Positions 1 through 7,892 of a DNA stretch of 48,199 nt are shown in pieces. The notes under the pieces were generated by a model. It did not search any database. It saw nothing but the letters and a program-made list of their open reading frames with translations, and had not been told where the DNA came from. Every line of letters starts with the position of its first letter. Position 1 is the first letter of the stretch. The position numbers and the translations under genes were made by a program. Where the stretch lies: IMG/VR virus record IMGVR_UViG_3300033487_000010, positions 1-48,199 of that record; one strand, given 5' to 3'. Source of the DNA: a virus (lineage: Duplodnaviria > Caudoviricetes).

Positions 1-28
1 GCCGGCCGGCCGCACGCGCAGAGGAGAG

Positions 29-238
29 TCACGGCGCCTTTCCGTCAAGGTACGCGTCGACGGCTTCCTTGCCTTCTTTGAGCGTCAGACCTGTTCGGTT
101 CCTGTAAGCGCAGATCGCTGCGATGAGCGGACTTCGTCCGCGCAGGTCTTTGCGCTTCCCGGTAGCCAAGTCCTTTTCGTATTGGTTCAGCGTGCTTGGT
201 TCTCCGAGCTTTCGGATCACCTCTTCCAGACTCATCAC
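29..238 (-). CDS. Ribosomal protein L7/L12 C-terminal-domain-like protein
   Basis: C-terminus IAAICAYRNRTGLTLKEGKEAVD resembles the bL12 CTD motif (IxxIKxVRxxTGLGLKEAKxxVE). Confidence 0.65.
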   Translation of the reverse strand: MMSLEEVIRKLGEPSTLNQYEKDLATGKRKDLRGRSPLIAAICAYRNRTGLTLKEGKEAVDAYLDGKAP

Positions 239-657
239 GGCAGCACCTCCTTAGCTACGTCGACGATCCCCATGCGCAGCACCTGGGGCCACGTCGGCTC
301 TTGGTGCATGGCTCGCAAGTCGGTGCGCGTGACTTCGAGATCATCGAACTCCTGCGCATCCGTGCGCCGTCGCGCGAACTCGGGGAATGGAGGAGCCGAG
401 GCGTCGTGCTCGTCCACGAGCTCGGCAAGGCGCGCGTCCATAGACGTGATGTTCACGCGGGACGTGTCGGCGTCCTCGATGTGCTGGGCGATCGCGCCGA
501 TGTCTCGCGGGTCGTCGCCCAGCTCGTTGGCGATGTTCGTTGCCTCCCGGTCGCGTTCGGCCTGGTCTTCCTCGTGCCGGATCTGGCACGCATCACAGTT
601 GCACGGGCGGCTGTCGCGCAGGTCGCGGTACGTCTGCTCTCGTCTGCTGTGGCTCAT
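235..657 (-). CDS. Hypothetical phage protein
   Basis: 140-aa ORF, overlaps neighbours by 4 nt (coupled), CNCDAC motif. Confidence 0.6.
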   Translation of the reverse strand: MSHSRREQTYRDLRDSRPCNCDACQIRHEEDQAERDREATNIANELGDDPRDIGAIAQHIEDADTSRVNITSMDARLAELVDEHDASAPPFPEFARRRTDAQEFDDLEVTRTDLRAMHQEPTWPQVLRMGIVDVAKEVLP

Positions 658-1070
658 CGTACGACTCCTTGATTTACGGCCATGTTCTCGGGCGAGAAGC
701 GAGCAACGAATCCTGGGTAGTAGTCCGAGATGGCCTCGGTTCCGGCTTCAAGGATTACCGCGCCAGTCTTCACGTCGACTAGTTCGAGCACATCGTCATC
801 TTCGCCGTAGCTCCCCTTGGTCCTGTGCCTGGCAATAACATTCACCGGCGCGAAGACGTTCTTCATCGAAGATGCGTCAGCCGTCTTTAGCTTGCGCATG
901 CTGCTGCGATACCCGTCGTCCGGATCCTCGATAGCAACATAGACGATGCCATCGAGCCGGAAGCGCATCACTTCACAGTCTTCCAGATCATCGCTCCAAT
1001 TTTTGATCTTCTCGTTCTCGAAGTCGACAGCGTCGAGCACGTGTTCGCCTACCAAGTCCTTTAGTTCCAT
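654..1070 (-). CDS. Hypothetical phage protein (DUF7448-like)
   Basis: 138 aa; AGGAG RBS; motifs EDPDDGYRSSM and DYYPGFV typical of a small phage protein family. Confidence 0.7.
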   Translation of the reverse strand: MELKDLVGEHVLDAVDFENEKIKNWSDDLEDCEVMRFRLDGIVYVAIEDPDDGYRSSMRKLKTADASSMKNVFAPVNVIARHRTKGSYGEDDDVLELVDVKTGAVILEAGTEAISDYYPGFVARFSPENMAVNQGVVR

Positions 1071-1144
1071 GTCATCTCCTTCGGGCGTCGCGCCCAGCAG
1101 GCCGCCGACTGTCGGCGAACTGACGCGCGCGAGGCGCAGGCGTG

Positions 1145-1366
1145 CTAGTCGAAACGGCGCTCACAGGCCAAATCGAAATCGTCTGGTCGTTCTGACGAAC
1201 GGGTCGGGTATACCTTGACTTCGCGCGGATCCACCGCTTCGCACTGCTCGCGTGTGCCGTACCAACGGCCAGAGCGAGCGTGGTCACCATAGCCGGTGTC
1301 ACCGTCGTCGTCGGTGTAGATTTCCGCGAACCACCCGCCAGCGTCGATCCCGAGTGTCTTTGTCAT
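1145..1366 (-). CDS. Hypothetical protein
   Basis: MTKTLGIDAG..., strong AGGAGG RBS, downstream of a sigma54-type motif. Confidence 0.6.
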   Translation of the reverse strand: MTKTLGIDAGGWFAEIYTDDDGDTGYGDHARSGRWYGTREQCEAVDPREVKVYPTRSSERPDDFDLACERRFD

Positions 1367-1393
1367 CGTCGTATCCTCCTGAGTGGGTGCTAC

Positions 1394-1409
1394 TGCATGA
1401 GCAGTGCCA
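1394..1409 (-). promoter_or_regulatory. Sigma54-type -24/-12 promoter
   Basis: TGGCAC-TGCTC-ATGCA has the GG-N10-GC spacing; upstream TGACAA repeats and an IHF-like site at 1509-1527. Confidence 0.5.
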
Positions 1410-1570
1410 GTCGTCGCCAAGCTCGCAAGTCGGCATTCTGCTTGGCTTTTGCGCTGGCACTGTTCTTGGCGCTGACGAATATTGTCACGTGGTTAGCCCG
1501 TCGTCTTGCAAGTGCGCGGAATCATTGGCGCGAGAATTGTCACCTGAGCGGCGCGTAGCGACTGGACTTG

Positions 1571-1897
1571 TCACCGTCCGAACCTTGTCAGCCAGGTCTG
1601 CGGTGTCAGCACCGCTACTGGCCGACATGCGAGCGGAGCATCGTCGCGATCGTCGTCTGGCTCTCTGCGCCGCTCATCGATCGCTCTCTCCAGCTCCAGC
1701 ACGTCGGCGTTCGTGTAGGTGACGCCGCAAGCGCTGCGTGCCTGGCGCAGGATCATCTCCGCGTGCCCACCGGTGAGCCCGAGCCGGACGGCCTCGGCTG
1801 CCGTCGTGCTGATCTCCTTGGCGTCGAGAGTGTGCAGGTCAAGAGCGGCGCACCGGATGCAGGTAGCCTCGTCGAAGGTGATGGTGCAGCAGGTCAT
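1571..1897 (-). CDS. Hypothetical protein
   Basis: 108-aa ORF, coupled to upstream gene, GGAG RBS. Confidence 0.55.
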   Translation of the reverse strand: MTCCTITFDEATCIRCAALDLHTLDAKEISTTAAEAVRLGLTGGHAEMILRQARSACGVTYTNADVLELERAIDERRREPDDDRDDAPLACRPVAVLTPQTWLTRFGR

Positions 1898-2124
1898 GAT
1901 GACTCCTTCTGCCCGAATCCGTATTTCTCATGGGCCAAGTCGTCGCGCTGTTTTCGAGTGTCTGCGAGCGATGAGCGTAGCGCGAGCACCTCAGCGAACC
2001 ACTGGTTGGACGCGTCCCTGGCGTAACCGACGTCCGTCGTCATCACCGCCAGCTTCTCGCGCAGATCCCAGATCTCTCGAATCAACTCGTCCTTGGTGCA
2101 GTCGTCGAGCTTCTTGGCCAGCAT
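1894..2124 (-). CDS. Hypothetical coiled-coil protein
   Basis: MLAKKLDDCTKDELIREIW..., TAATG coupling with upstream gene. Confidence 0.6.
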   Translation of the reverse strand: MLAKKLDDCTKDELIREIWDLREKLAVMTTDVGYARDASNQWFAEVLALRSSLADTRKQRDDLAHEKYGFGQKESS

Positions 2125-2360
2125 TACAGCACCTCGAAGAGCAGGCCGTCGCACGACGTGGCGGCCATGTGCCGCGATTGCGCCTCAGCTCGCGCCAGGC
2201 GGGCGATTGCCTCAACCTCGGCCTGCTGATAGCTACCGTGCTCTGTGGTGCGGTAGATGCCCAGCACCTGGTGCAGGCGGCCCATCTGGCGCACACGGAC
2301 GGTGCGGCCGAATGCGCGGAACTCGGTGACTCCGGCTTGGATGATGACGGTGGGCTGCAT
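2124..2360 (-). CDS. Hypothetical protein
   Basis: 78-aa ORF with GGAGG RBS. Confidence 0.55.
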   Translation of the reverse strand: MQPTVIIQAGVTEFRAFGRTVRVRQMGRLHQVLGIYRTTEHGSYQQAEVEAIARLARAEAQSRHMAATSCDGLLFEVL

Positions 2361-2362
2361 GG

Positions 2363-2557
2363 CTAGCGAGCCTCCGAGGAGATGCGCTCAGACGCCTGGA
2401 TGCAGGTCACAACGTTGCGGCCATCGACCGTGCCGATCTCGAAGGACTCGGGGCCGTACTTGGTGACCACTGAGCCGAAAAGAACCATCGTGCCCTTACC
2501 CATGCTGTCAAAGGCCATCTCAACCTTGCGCGCCGTCGTCGTGTTGTTCGTCGTCAT
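2363..2557 (-). CDS. Hypothetical protein, probably leaderless
   Basis: MTTNNTTTARK...; ATG lies 7 nt after a TAGAAT -10 box. Confidence 0.6.
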   Translation of the reverse strand: MTTNNTTTARKVEMAFDSMGKGTMVLFGSVVTKYGPESFEIGTVDGRNVVTCIQASERISSEAR

Positions 2558-2564
2558 GAGATTC

Positions 2565-2592
2565 ATTCTAGCCCACCCTTCCCGTGATTCAA
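2565..2592 (-). promoter_or_regulatory. Sigma70-type promoter
   Basis: TTGAAT-16 nt-TAGAAT, 7 nt before ATG 2557. Confidence 0.6.
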
Positions 2593-2673
2593 GATAAATC
2601 AACATGACAACGAAAATAGTTCACGCCGAGTCAACGGCTAGGTTGCAGGTGCGTCAAGTCAACAGGAATCCTC

Positions 2674-2703
2674 TTGACACGTTACGTTTCCTATGCCCAC
2701 ACT
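2674..2703 (+). promoter_or_regulatory. Sigma70-type promoter (divergent)
   Basis: TTGACA-18 nt-CACACT, 6 nt before ATG 2710. Confidence 0.55.
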
Positions 2704-2709
2704 TTGTCT

Positions 2710-2922
2710 ATGGGTCGCACAACGTCAACAGTCCGAGCCTGGGCGCAACCGCCCGGGGACGGGTGCGCGTGCTGCTCTTGCGACATTTGTCACGCCGACG
2801 ACGAGCAGGCGCCCACTGTCCAGCCGACGGCCGAACGCGTGCCAGATCGCAAGCCCGTGCGCCAGGCGGTGAGCCTAATGGAGCTGCAAGACTCCGTGTT
2901 CGACGCGCTCTGGTGCTACTGA
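2710..2922 (+). CDS. Small Cys-rich hypothetical protein
   Basis: MGRTTSTVRAW...CACCSCDICH; isolated plus-strand gene behind its own promoter. Confidence 0.5.
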   Translation: MGRTTSTVRAWAQPPGDGCACCSCDICHADDEQAPTVQPTAERVPDRKPVRQAVSLMELQDSVFDALWCY

Positions 2923-2974
2923 TCATCCGCCTACTCGCGCCCGAAAGTGCAACGCGCGGCGCGTAGAAGGCGAC

Positions 2975-3343
2975 TCACGGTACACCCATCGCGGCCATGA
3001 ACTCGTCCACCGTATCGTAGCAGGTGATCGCCGGCAGGTAGTGGAACACGTTGATGCGCGGTCAGACGAGCCGCAGGTGCAGCCCGTGGTGGAGCGCCCA
3101 TCCCATCTCGGAATCTTTTGCGCCACGTCCCATCACGGCGTCAGTGAAAAGCGCAAACCATCCGGATACGGACATGTCCTCTAGGCACATCTGCGCAGCC
3201 TCTGCCGGGTTCTCGCCGACTGCCGGCCCTGGAGCGTCCAGCCACCGCGACGTCACGACGTGCCCGGCGGCGCGCAGACGGGCAGCGTAGCCGCGCAACT
3301 CGTCCTGGCGCTCGAAGCGGGCGGCGAGGTAGATGGTGGACAT
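2975..3343 (-). pseudogene. Nucleoside 2-deoxyribosyltransferase-like gene interrupted by in-frame TGA at 3062-3064
   Basis: IYLAARF...GHVVTSRWL...EMGWAL, then LV*PRINVFHYLP, which continues the family motif VGPRxNVFHxL in the same frame. Confidence 0.7.
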
Positions 3344-3528
3344 CAGAGTTCACCAACTTCGTCGGCGAATTCTGCCATGAGCCGAATCAGGCCTCGGCAT
3401 TCCTTGTCGAGCTCACTCGCCGTGTATCCGCGCGACAGCAGGAACGTCTTCGCCTTTTCGAGGAGAACCCCGTACCTCGTTGGAGTCACGCACACGTCAA
3501 CTAGCGTTTCGATTGGACTTCGGGCCAT
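3343..3528 (-). CDS. Hypothetical protein
   Basis: 61-aa ORF, TGATG coupling on both sides. Confidence 0.55.
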   Translation of the reverse strand: MARSPIETLVDVCVTPTRYGVLLEKAKTFLLSRGYTASELDKECRGLIRLMAEFADEVGEL

Positions 3529-3782
3529 CAGAACAGCATCCCTTGCTTGCTCTCCGCCGCCGCGACAGCCTCCCGAAGCTGCCGGGTAGCCTCGGCCTCA
3601 GCCATCGGTTGCGTGAGCCTGCAGCCGTCGGCGATGAGGGCGGCGCGTTCCTCCCATTCTGCCAGGCAGATGCAGCACGACTCGGCCGTTAGCTCGGGAA
3701 ACCCGTTGAGGTACTTCATCGGACACGGCTCGCTCATCTTGCGCCCGATCGGGCACGTCGCGCGGTATGGGTGCAAGGTCAT
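3528..3782 (-). CDS. Hypothetical protein
   Basis: 84 aa, WEERAALIADG motif (EERAAI-type motif common in phage proteins). Confidence 0.55.
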   Translation of the reverse strand: MTLHPYRATCPIGRKMSEPCPMKYLNGFPELTAESCCICLAEWEERAALIADGCRLTQPMAEAEATRQLREAVAAAESKQGMLF

Positions 3783-4330
3783 CGTTCATTCCTCGGCGTC
3801 TCGTTGAGCACGCGGATCCTGGAATTGTGGATTGGACCTCCAACGTGGAGCCATCTTCGTCCTCTGACTATATCGTTTATGGCTTGTTTTGATATCCCAA
3901 ATTGAAAACTCAAATCCTTTTGCCGCTCTCCATTTGAACACCTCACCCTTATTTCAAGCACCTGACTCTCGATCAAATGTGACGCCGGGTGAGTGCTACC
4001 AGGGAACGAATGAGCTTTACCACGCGATTGGCGAAGTTTTCTTACCTTGTCTGCATTGTTGTCAGATATGGTTCCAGCAAATAGATGGTCAGGTCGTACG
4101 CACGAAGGATTGTCGCACTTGTGAAGAACACATGGTTTTTCTTTTGTTAGTTCCCCGTTGACAATCTCATATGCCAACCTGTGTGCCAACGTCTTCTTCC
4201 CGCCAATCCTAACCCTACAGTACCCGAGCTTCCCAGGTTTTGTCTTTGTCCAAATCCAGCACCTTGTTTTCCCTGTATCCGTACATGGACCATTTTTGTT
4301 CACTGTAGAGAAAAACGTTTCAATGTCCAT
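3779..4330 (-). CDS. HNH homing endonuclease with C-terminal HTH
   Basis: CWIW...GY...AHRLAY...VLHKCDNPSCVRPDHLFAGTISDNNAD; more AT-rich than flanks. Confidence 0.92.
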   Translation of the reverse strand: MDIETFFSTVNKNGPCTDTGKTRCWIWTKTKPGKLGYCRVRIGGKKTLAHRLAYEIVNGELTKEKPCVLHKCDNPSCVRPDHLFAGTISDNNADKVRKLRQSRGKAHSFPGSTHPASHLIESQVLEIRVRCSNGERQKDLSFQFGISKQAINDIVRGRRWLHVGGPIHNSRIRVLNETPRNER

Positions 4331-4894
4331 CTATCGTTCCGCTTGTGGAGTTTCTGCTAGTATCTTGACTATTCCAGCATCCCTATATTCTCTTCTAAAG
4401 ATAAACCACGCATACTCGCACGAATCCGTCTTTCCTCCGGTGAAGCTCGGGCGGTTCGGCAGGACGAAGACGTCCGGTGTCCCAACGTCGCGCCAGAGCT
4501 TCAAACGGCCAGCGCTGCCGAGGAAGTTGAGCCTCAGCAGGAACACCAGATCGGCCGTACGGAACAGTTCGTCGCAATGCCGGATGAACTCCTCGGCCAG
4601 TGAGAACGGCGGGTTGGTGATGACGGCCGCGATCCTATCCGCACCGATGACACCTCGACAATCAAGGAAGTCCTCGGTTACGTGATGGGTGGCTACCGGA
4701 ACAACTAGCCGAACATCGTAGGTGTGCCAGAACCTGTCTGGCAAGCAGCGCACGATCTGCCCACTCCCGCAGCACGGCTCGACGAGTTCACCTTCGCGCG
4801 GCTGCCACACCTCAAGCAGTCGGCGCACGCACCATGCCGGCGTTTCGTACGCGTCGTCAACCCGTCGCTCAGAACCACGATTTGTGCTGCTCAC
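4331..4894 (-). CDS. DNA N6-adenine/N4-cytosine methyltransferase
   Basis: DAYETPAW, SAM-binding EPCCGSG, catalytic ITNPPF. Confidence 0.9.
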   Translation of the reverse strand: MSSTNRGSERRVDDAYETPAWCVRRLLEVWQPREGELVEPCCGSGQIVRCLPDRFWHTYDVRLVVPVATHHVTEDFLDCRGVIGADRIAAVITNPPFSLAEEFIRHCDELFRTADLVFLLRLNFLGSAGRLKLWRDVGTPDVFVLPNRPSFTGGKTDSCEYAWFIFRREYRDAGIVKILAETPQAER

Positions 4895-4903
4895 GGCTTC
4901 ACC

Positions 4904-5107
4904 CTACGCAAGCTTGTCCTCGGCCGGCAAGAGCACCTTGCGCGCCGACGACACCGCATAGAGAGCGATCCACGTGGCTGTACGCTCCTTTGCGCGACGG
5001 GCGGCCTTGCGCACCATGGCGTCTTCGGTTGGCGTGAACCGCACAGAATGGGTGCGCGAAACAACCATTGATGCTGGCTTGCGGGGACGGCCTATTTTCT
5101 TGGTCAT
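4904..5107 (-). CDS. Ribbon-helix-helix-like DNA-binding protein
   Basis: GRPRK, then SVRFTPTEDAMVRKAA (beta-helix-helix pattern). Confidence 0.6.
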   Translation of the reverse strand: MTKKIGRPRKPASMVVSRTHSVRFTPTEDAMVRKAARRAKERTATWIALYAVSSARKVLLPAEDKLA

Positions 5108-5113
5108 GCGCGG

Positions 5114-5142
5114 ACGGTAGCACGCCGAGATTAGAGTTTCAA
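5114..5142 (-). promoter_or_regulatory. Sigma70-type promoter, leaderless
   Basis: TTGAAA-17 nt-TACCGT with GTGC just before the -10, 6 nt to ATG 5107. Confidence 0.6.
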
Positions 5143-5150
5143 GAAACTTT

Positions 5151-5921
5151 TTATGGTGAGACGAATCTCACCGGCCCGTGGTTCTTCGCTTCGTCGAACC
5201 TTGCTTTCGCACGTTTCCATGCTTTCCCGTGCCGATTTCTTGGATCGTCGAATCTGCCACCGATCGAAATATTGAGCAGGTTCTCGTTAGGAGACAGAGC
5301 CGCAATCCAGAATTCTTCGCTGAGCTTCCACCGGTACTTCAGGCAGATCTCAAGCACCGTCATCTCAGCCTTGACCCCATCCTTGCGCAGGCCTTTCAGC
5401 CAGGCCTCTACGCGGACGTTCGACGGATTGAATTCGTGCTCCCAAAGGCGCTGCTCAAGTTCCTTGTGTGTCTTCCCGACGTAGCGGATGACATGATCTC
5501 TCGGATCCGAGATGCCATAGATGTACGCTTCCCCGGCGCACTTCTCGCGAGACTTCGGGTAGGACGTGGACAAGTCGATGTCTCCTACTGGCCGAGGAGA
5601 CGGATCGCCTCGCCATGGCTTGTATTCTCGCTCCACCCGTTCGGAGAACACGGTGCCACTCATGGCCGCATCCATGGAGGCAACCTCTGCTTGCATGCGA
5701 TCCATGCGGATGAGCGCGGCTCGTCTCTCCTCTTTCCGTCGAGCCTTCTTCCTGGCTTTTGAGTTTCCCTTGTGGTGCTGCTGAACTCTTCCTTGTCGTG
5801 GAGGAAGAGGAGGAAGTCCATCGCGCTCTCGGCGCATGGCTCGAAGTTCGGCAGCAACGTTACCCGTCGAGTAGTTGCTCCAGGCAGGAATGCGTGGTAA
5901 ACGTATTTTCACAGGTCCCAT
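5151..5921 (-). CDS. GIY-YIG endonuclease domain protein
   Basis: AYIYGISDPRDHVIRYVGKT...QRLWEH...EEFWI...LLN; start chosen from promoter position. Confidence 0.8.
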   Translation of the reverse strand: MGPVKIRLPRIPAWSNYSTGNVAAELRAMRRERDGLPPLPPRQGRVQQHHKGNSKARKKARRKEERRAALIRMDRMQAEVASMDAAMSGTVFSERVEREYKPWRGDPSPRPVGDIDLSTSYPKSREKCAGEAYIYGISDPRDHVIRYVGKTHKELEQRLWEHEFNPSNVRVEAWLKGLRKDGVKAEMTVLEICLKYRWKLSEEFWIAALSPNENLLNISIGGRFDDPRNRHGKAWKRAKARFDEAKNHGPVRFVSP

Positions 5922-5929
5922 CAACCCGT

Positions 5930-5958
5930 AGTCTAGAGGAGCCGGCACCTTAATGCAA
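5930..5958 (-). promoter_or_regulatory. Sigma70-type promoter
   Basis: TTGCAT-17 nt-TAGACT, 8 nt to ATG 5921. Confidence 0.55.
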
Positions 5959-5987
5959 GGGTGTCCGGCTCTTCGGCTTTCTGGGCC

Positions 5988-6016
5988 TTGACTCAGACGG
6001 TGCACGGTTGCACAAT
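5988..6016 (+). promoter_or_regulatory. Sigma70-type promoter
   Basis: TTGACT-17 nt-CACAAT. Confidence 0.65.
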
Positions 6017-6022
6017 GTTCGT

Positions 6023-6090
6023 GCCCCAAGTGGTGCGTTTTGCAATCTTGGAGGCGGAGCCCGCTCCTAGGTAAGCGGGCTTTCGTCTTT
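6023..6090 (+). ncRNA. Candidate small RNA (two hairpins)
   Basis: Begins 7 nt after the -10; hairpin GCC-CCAAG/CTTGG-A-GGC, then a terminator-like stem and T-rich tail. Confidence 0.5.
6058..6090 (+). terminator. Rho-independent terminator-like hairpin
   Basis: AGCCCGCT-8 nt-AGCGGGCT followed by TTCGTCTTT. Confidence 0.55.
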
Positions 6091-6117
6091 CTGGCCCATC
6101 CGTGCTACCATGAGCGC

Positions 6118-6351
6118 ATGAGCATCCTGCTTGTCCACGAAAGCGACGCAGAACGCGTTCTAGCCATAACCGGCGACGAGAAAAGCGAGCACTATCTGTG
6201 CACCGTCGAGGTGGATCGGTTCGGCGTCTGCAAGCCTGGGATAGTGTTCAAGCTAGATCTGCCAGTTCCTCCGTCAGATGATTCGCCGGTGCATCAATTT
6301 CGTTACCAGACTCTATCGTTGAGTCCAAGGCTTACGTCATGGACGATCTGA
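6118..6351 (+). CDS. Hypothetical protein, probably leaderless
   Basis: MSILLVHESD...; GTGC-TACCAT extended -10 at 6102-6111, 6 nt before ATG. Confidence 0.55.
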   Translation: MSILLVHESDAERVLAITGDEKSEHYLCTVEVDRFGVCKPGIVFKLDLPVPPSDDSPVHQFRYQTLSLSPRLTSWTI

Positions 6352-6551
6352 CGAAGGCCCGTGCCACGAAGGCAGCCACCCGGCAGGCCGAACTCGACGC
6401 GAAGGTGATGGCCAGGGCGGCGCACCTCGTGGTACCTACGGAACCGCGCGAACCGCTCCCGCCCGACAGCCCGGGCAACCGCTGGGCGCGAGACTGGCGC
6501 TGGACGCCGACGAACCTGTGGGGCTTGCGCAAGGGCGAGGACGGCCGGTGA
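6339..6551 (+). CDS. Hypothetical protein
   Basis: 70-aa ORF in plus-strand cluster. Confidence 0.5.
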   Translation: MDDLTKARATKAATRQAELDAKVMARAAHLVVPTEPREPLPPDSPGNRWARDWRWTPTNLWGLRKGEDGR

Positions 6552-6760
6552 TCTGGTCCGTCCGCATCGGCAACATGTTCGGCGAAACGTCCACGTTGGT
6601 TTCCGCCGACATGGACGGACTCACCTGCACCGAATGCGGACGCGTAGCTAGAGCGTGCCTTGGGCTCTCCGAGGCGCTGTGTGATCGGTGCTGCGAGCGT
6701 CACCTGAAGATCGGGCATGTGCGCGCCGAGGTCTACTCGCTGCCGACCGTCAAAGAATAG
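6548..6760 (+). CDS. Small zinc-finger-like protein
   Basis: CTECG...LCDRCC; GTGA coupling. Confidence 0.55.
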   Translation: MIWSVRIGNMFGETSTLVSADMDGLTCTECGRVARACLGLSEALCDRCCERHLKIGHVRAEVYSLPTVKE

Positions 6761-6763
6761 CCG

Positions 6764-6792
6764 TTGACAGCGCTAGAAAGCGTGGCCACGAT
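6764..6792 (+). promoter_or_regulatory. Sigma70-type promoter
   Basis: TTGACA-17 nt-CACGAT. Confidence 0.6.
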
Positions 6793-6860
6793 TACGGTGC
6801 AGTGCTGACAACAAAAGACGCGCCCATCCCGGGCGAAAGGCGCTGCGGAGGAGTGTCCGC

Positions 6861-7151
6861 ATGTTCCGAGCAGTTGCATTCGCGATCGTTCTTCTGAGCG
6901 CAGGTACCGCTTTCGCTCGCCCGCCGATCCTGGGTGTCTACCGCATGCCCGAGACGGTGATCGAGTGCGGGAAGGACTGCCGCGATCGCGTGCGGCTGGC
7001 TCGAACAATGGATGACATCGCCGCCGGCAAGCTCAAGGTGTGCCGCTACAGCGAAGAGCGGGCCATCTGGGTGCGTCTCCGCCGAGGCACTGGCGACGAG
7101 TGCTGGCGGGTGGTCATCCCGCAAGGTCGGCTGACGGGATGGCGACGGTAG
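6861..7151 (+). CDS. Secreted hypothetical protein
   Basis: Signal-peptide-like MFRAVAFAIVLLSAGTAFA; GGAGGAG RBS. Confidence 0.65.
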   Translation: MFRAVAFAIVLLSAGTAFARPPILGVYRMPETVIECGKDCRDRVRLARTMDDIAAGKLKVCRYSEERAIWVRLRRGTGDECWRVVIPQGRLTGWRR

Positions 7152-7408
7152 CCACCTGCCAGGCCTGCGGACATCCTGCGCACGCCGGGAAGTGCCCGCA
7201 CCTGACACGATTCGGACGCGGATGGATGATCTGCCAGTGCGGAGCTCGCGCACCGGTGAGCCGAGTCGACCAGCAGGCCATCGCCAACGCGTTCGACGTC
7301 TTGCGGAGGTGCCTGCTCTCGCCGGCCCGTGAGCGCGAGTCGCGCGCCTACGGTGACAGAGTCCAGCTCGCCGTCTGCGGGCGTGTCTGCAAGCCTACGG
7401 TGTGCTAG
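7139..7408 (+). CDS. Cys/His-rich hypothetical protein
   Basis: CQACGHPAHAGKC...CQCG. Confidence 0.45.
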   Translation: MATVATCQACGHPAHAGKCPHLTRFGRGWMICQCGARAPVSRVDQQAIANAFDVLRRCLLSPARERESRAYGDRVQLAVCGRVCKPTVC

Positions 7409-7419
7409 GATGGTTGGTG

Positions 7420-7671
7420 ATGAAGCGCGTTCTTGAACAAATGATCGAGTTGCTCAATCTGAAACATGACTGGGACAGCTACGGAAGTTGTCCTCCGACA
7501 GAAGAAGCAGCCGTGTCGGCGCTGCAACTGATCTTCAACATCAGGCACATCCCAACTGATGAATTTCGGTTGGTCCCGGTTAGCGGTGGTGGAATTCAGG
7601 TTGAGGGAACCATCTCAGGCGATGAGTTCGAAGTCCTCATATCTGCCGACGGAATTGTTGTGAAGGACTAA
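7420..7671 (+). CDS. Hypothetical phage protein
   Basis: LKHDWDSYGSCPP...GGIQVE motif typical of a small phage family; AT-richer. Confidence 0.7.
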   Translation: MKRVLEQMIELLNLKHDWDSYGSCPPTEEAAVSALQLIFNIRHIPTDEFRLVPVSGGGIQVEGTISGDEFEVLISADGIVVKD

Positions 7672-7892
7672 GGCAACCGCGCCCCGCACCGAGCGCACCA
7701 CGTATCGCCGTCTTCGTTGTGCTTGTGGGCGCCTTCGTGGTCGCAGGCGAGCAGCGCCTGTCGGTGTTCCTCAACGAGCTTGCGCCAGCCACGATCGACG
7801 TCCGCTGGCTTGGGAGTATCGGGCGGAGCCTGGGTGAGCACCCGCGCGAACTTCTTGCGTAGCTTGTCCTGCCAGTAGTCAACCTCGCTCAT
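7668..7892 (-). CDS. Hypothetical protein
   Basis: 74 aa, CDH...WCARCG. Confidence 0.55.
   Translation of the reverse strand: MSEVDYWQDKLRKKFARVLTQAPPDTPKPADVDRGWRKLVEEHRQALLACDHEGAHKHNEDGDTWCARCGARLP

Noticed and set aside
1-32. Exact circular join of the window ends
   Set aside because: The ORF starting at 32 (MTLLCACGRP) would enter a different frame from the 47801-48196 ORF, and no terminal repeat is visible
1455-1470. Plus-strand sigma54-like TGGCACTGTTCTTGGC
   Set aside because: Has GG rather than GC at the -12 position, and no plus-strand gene follows
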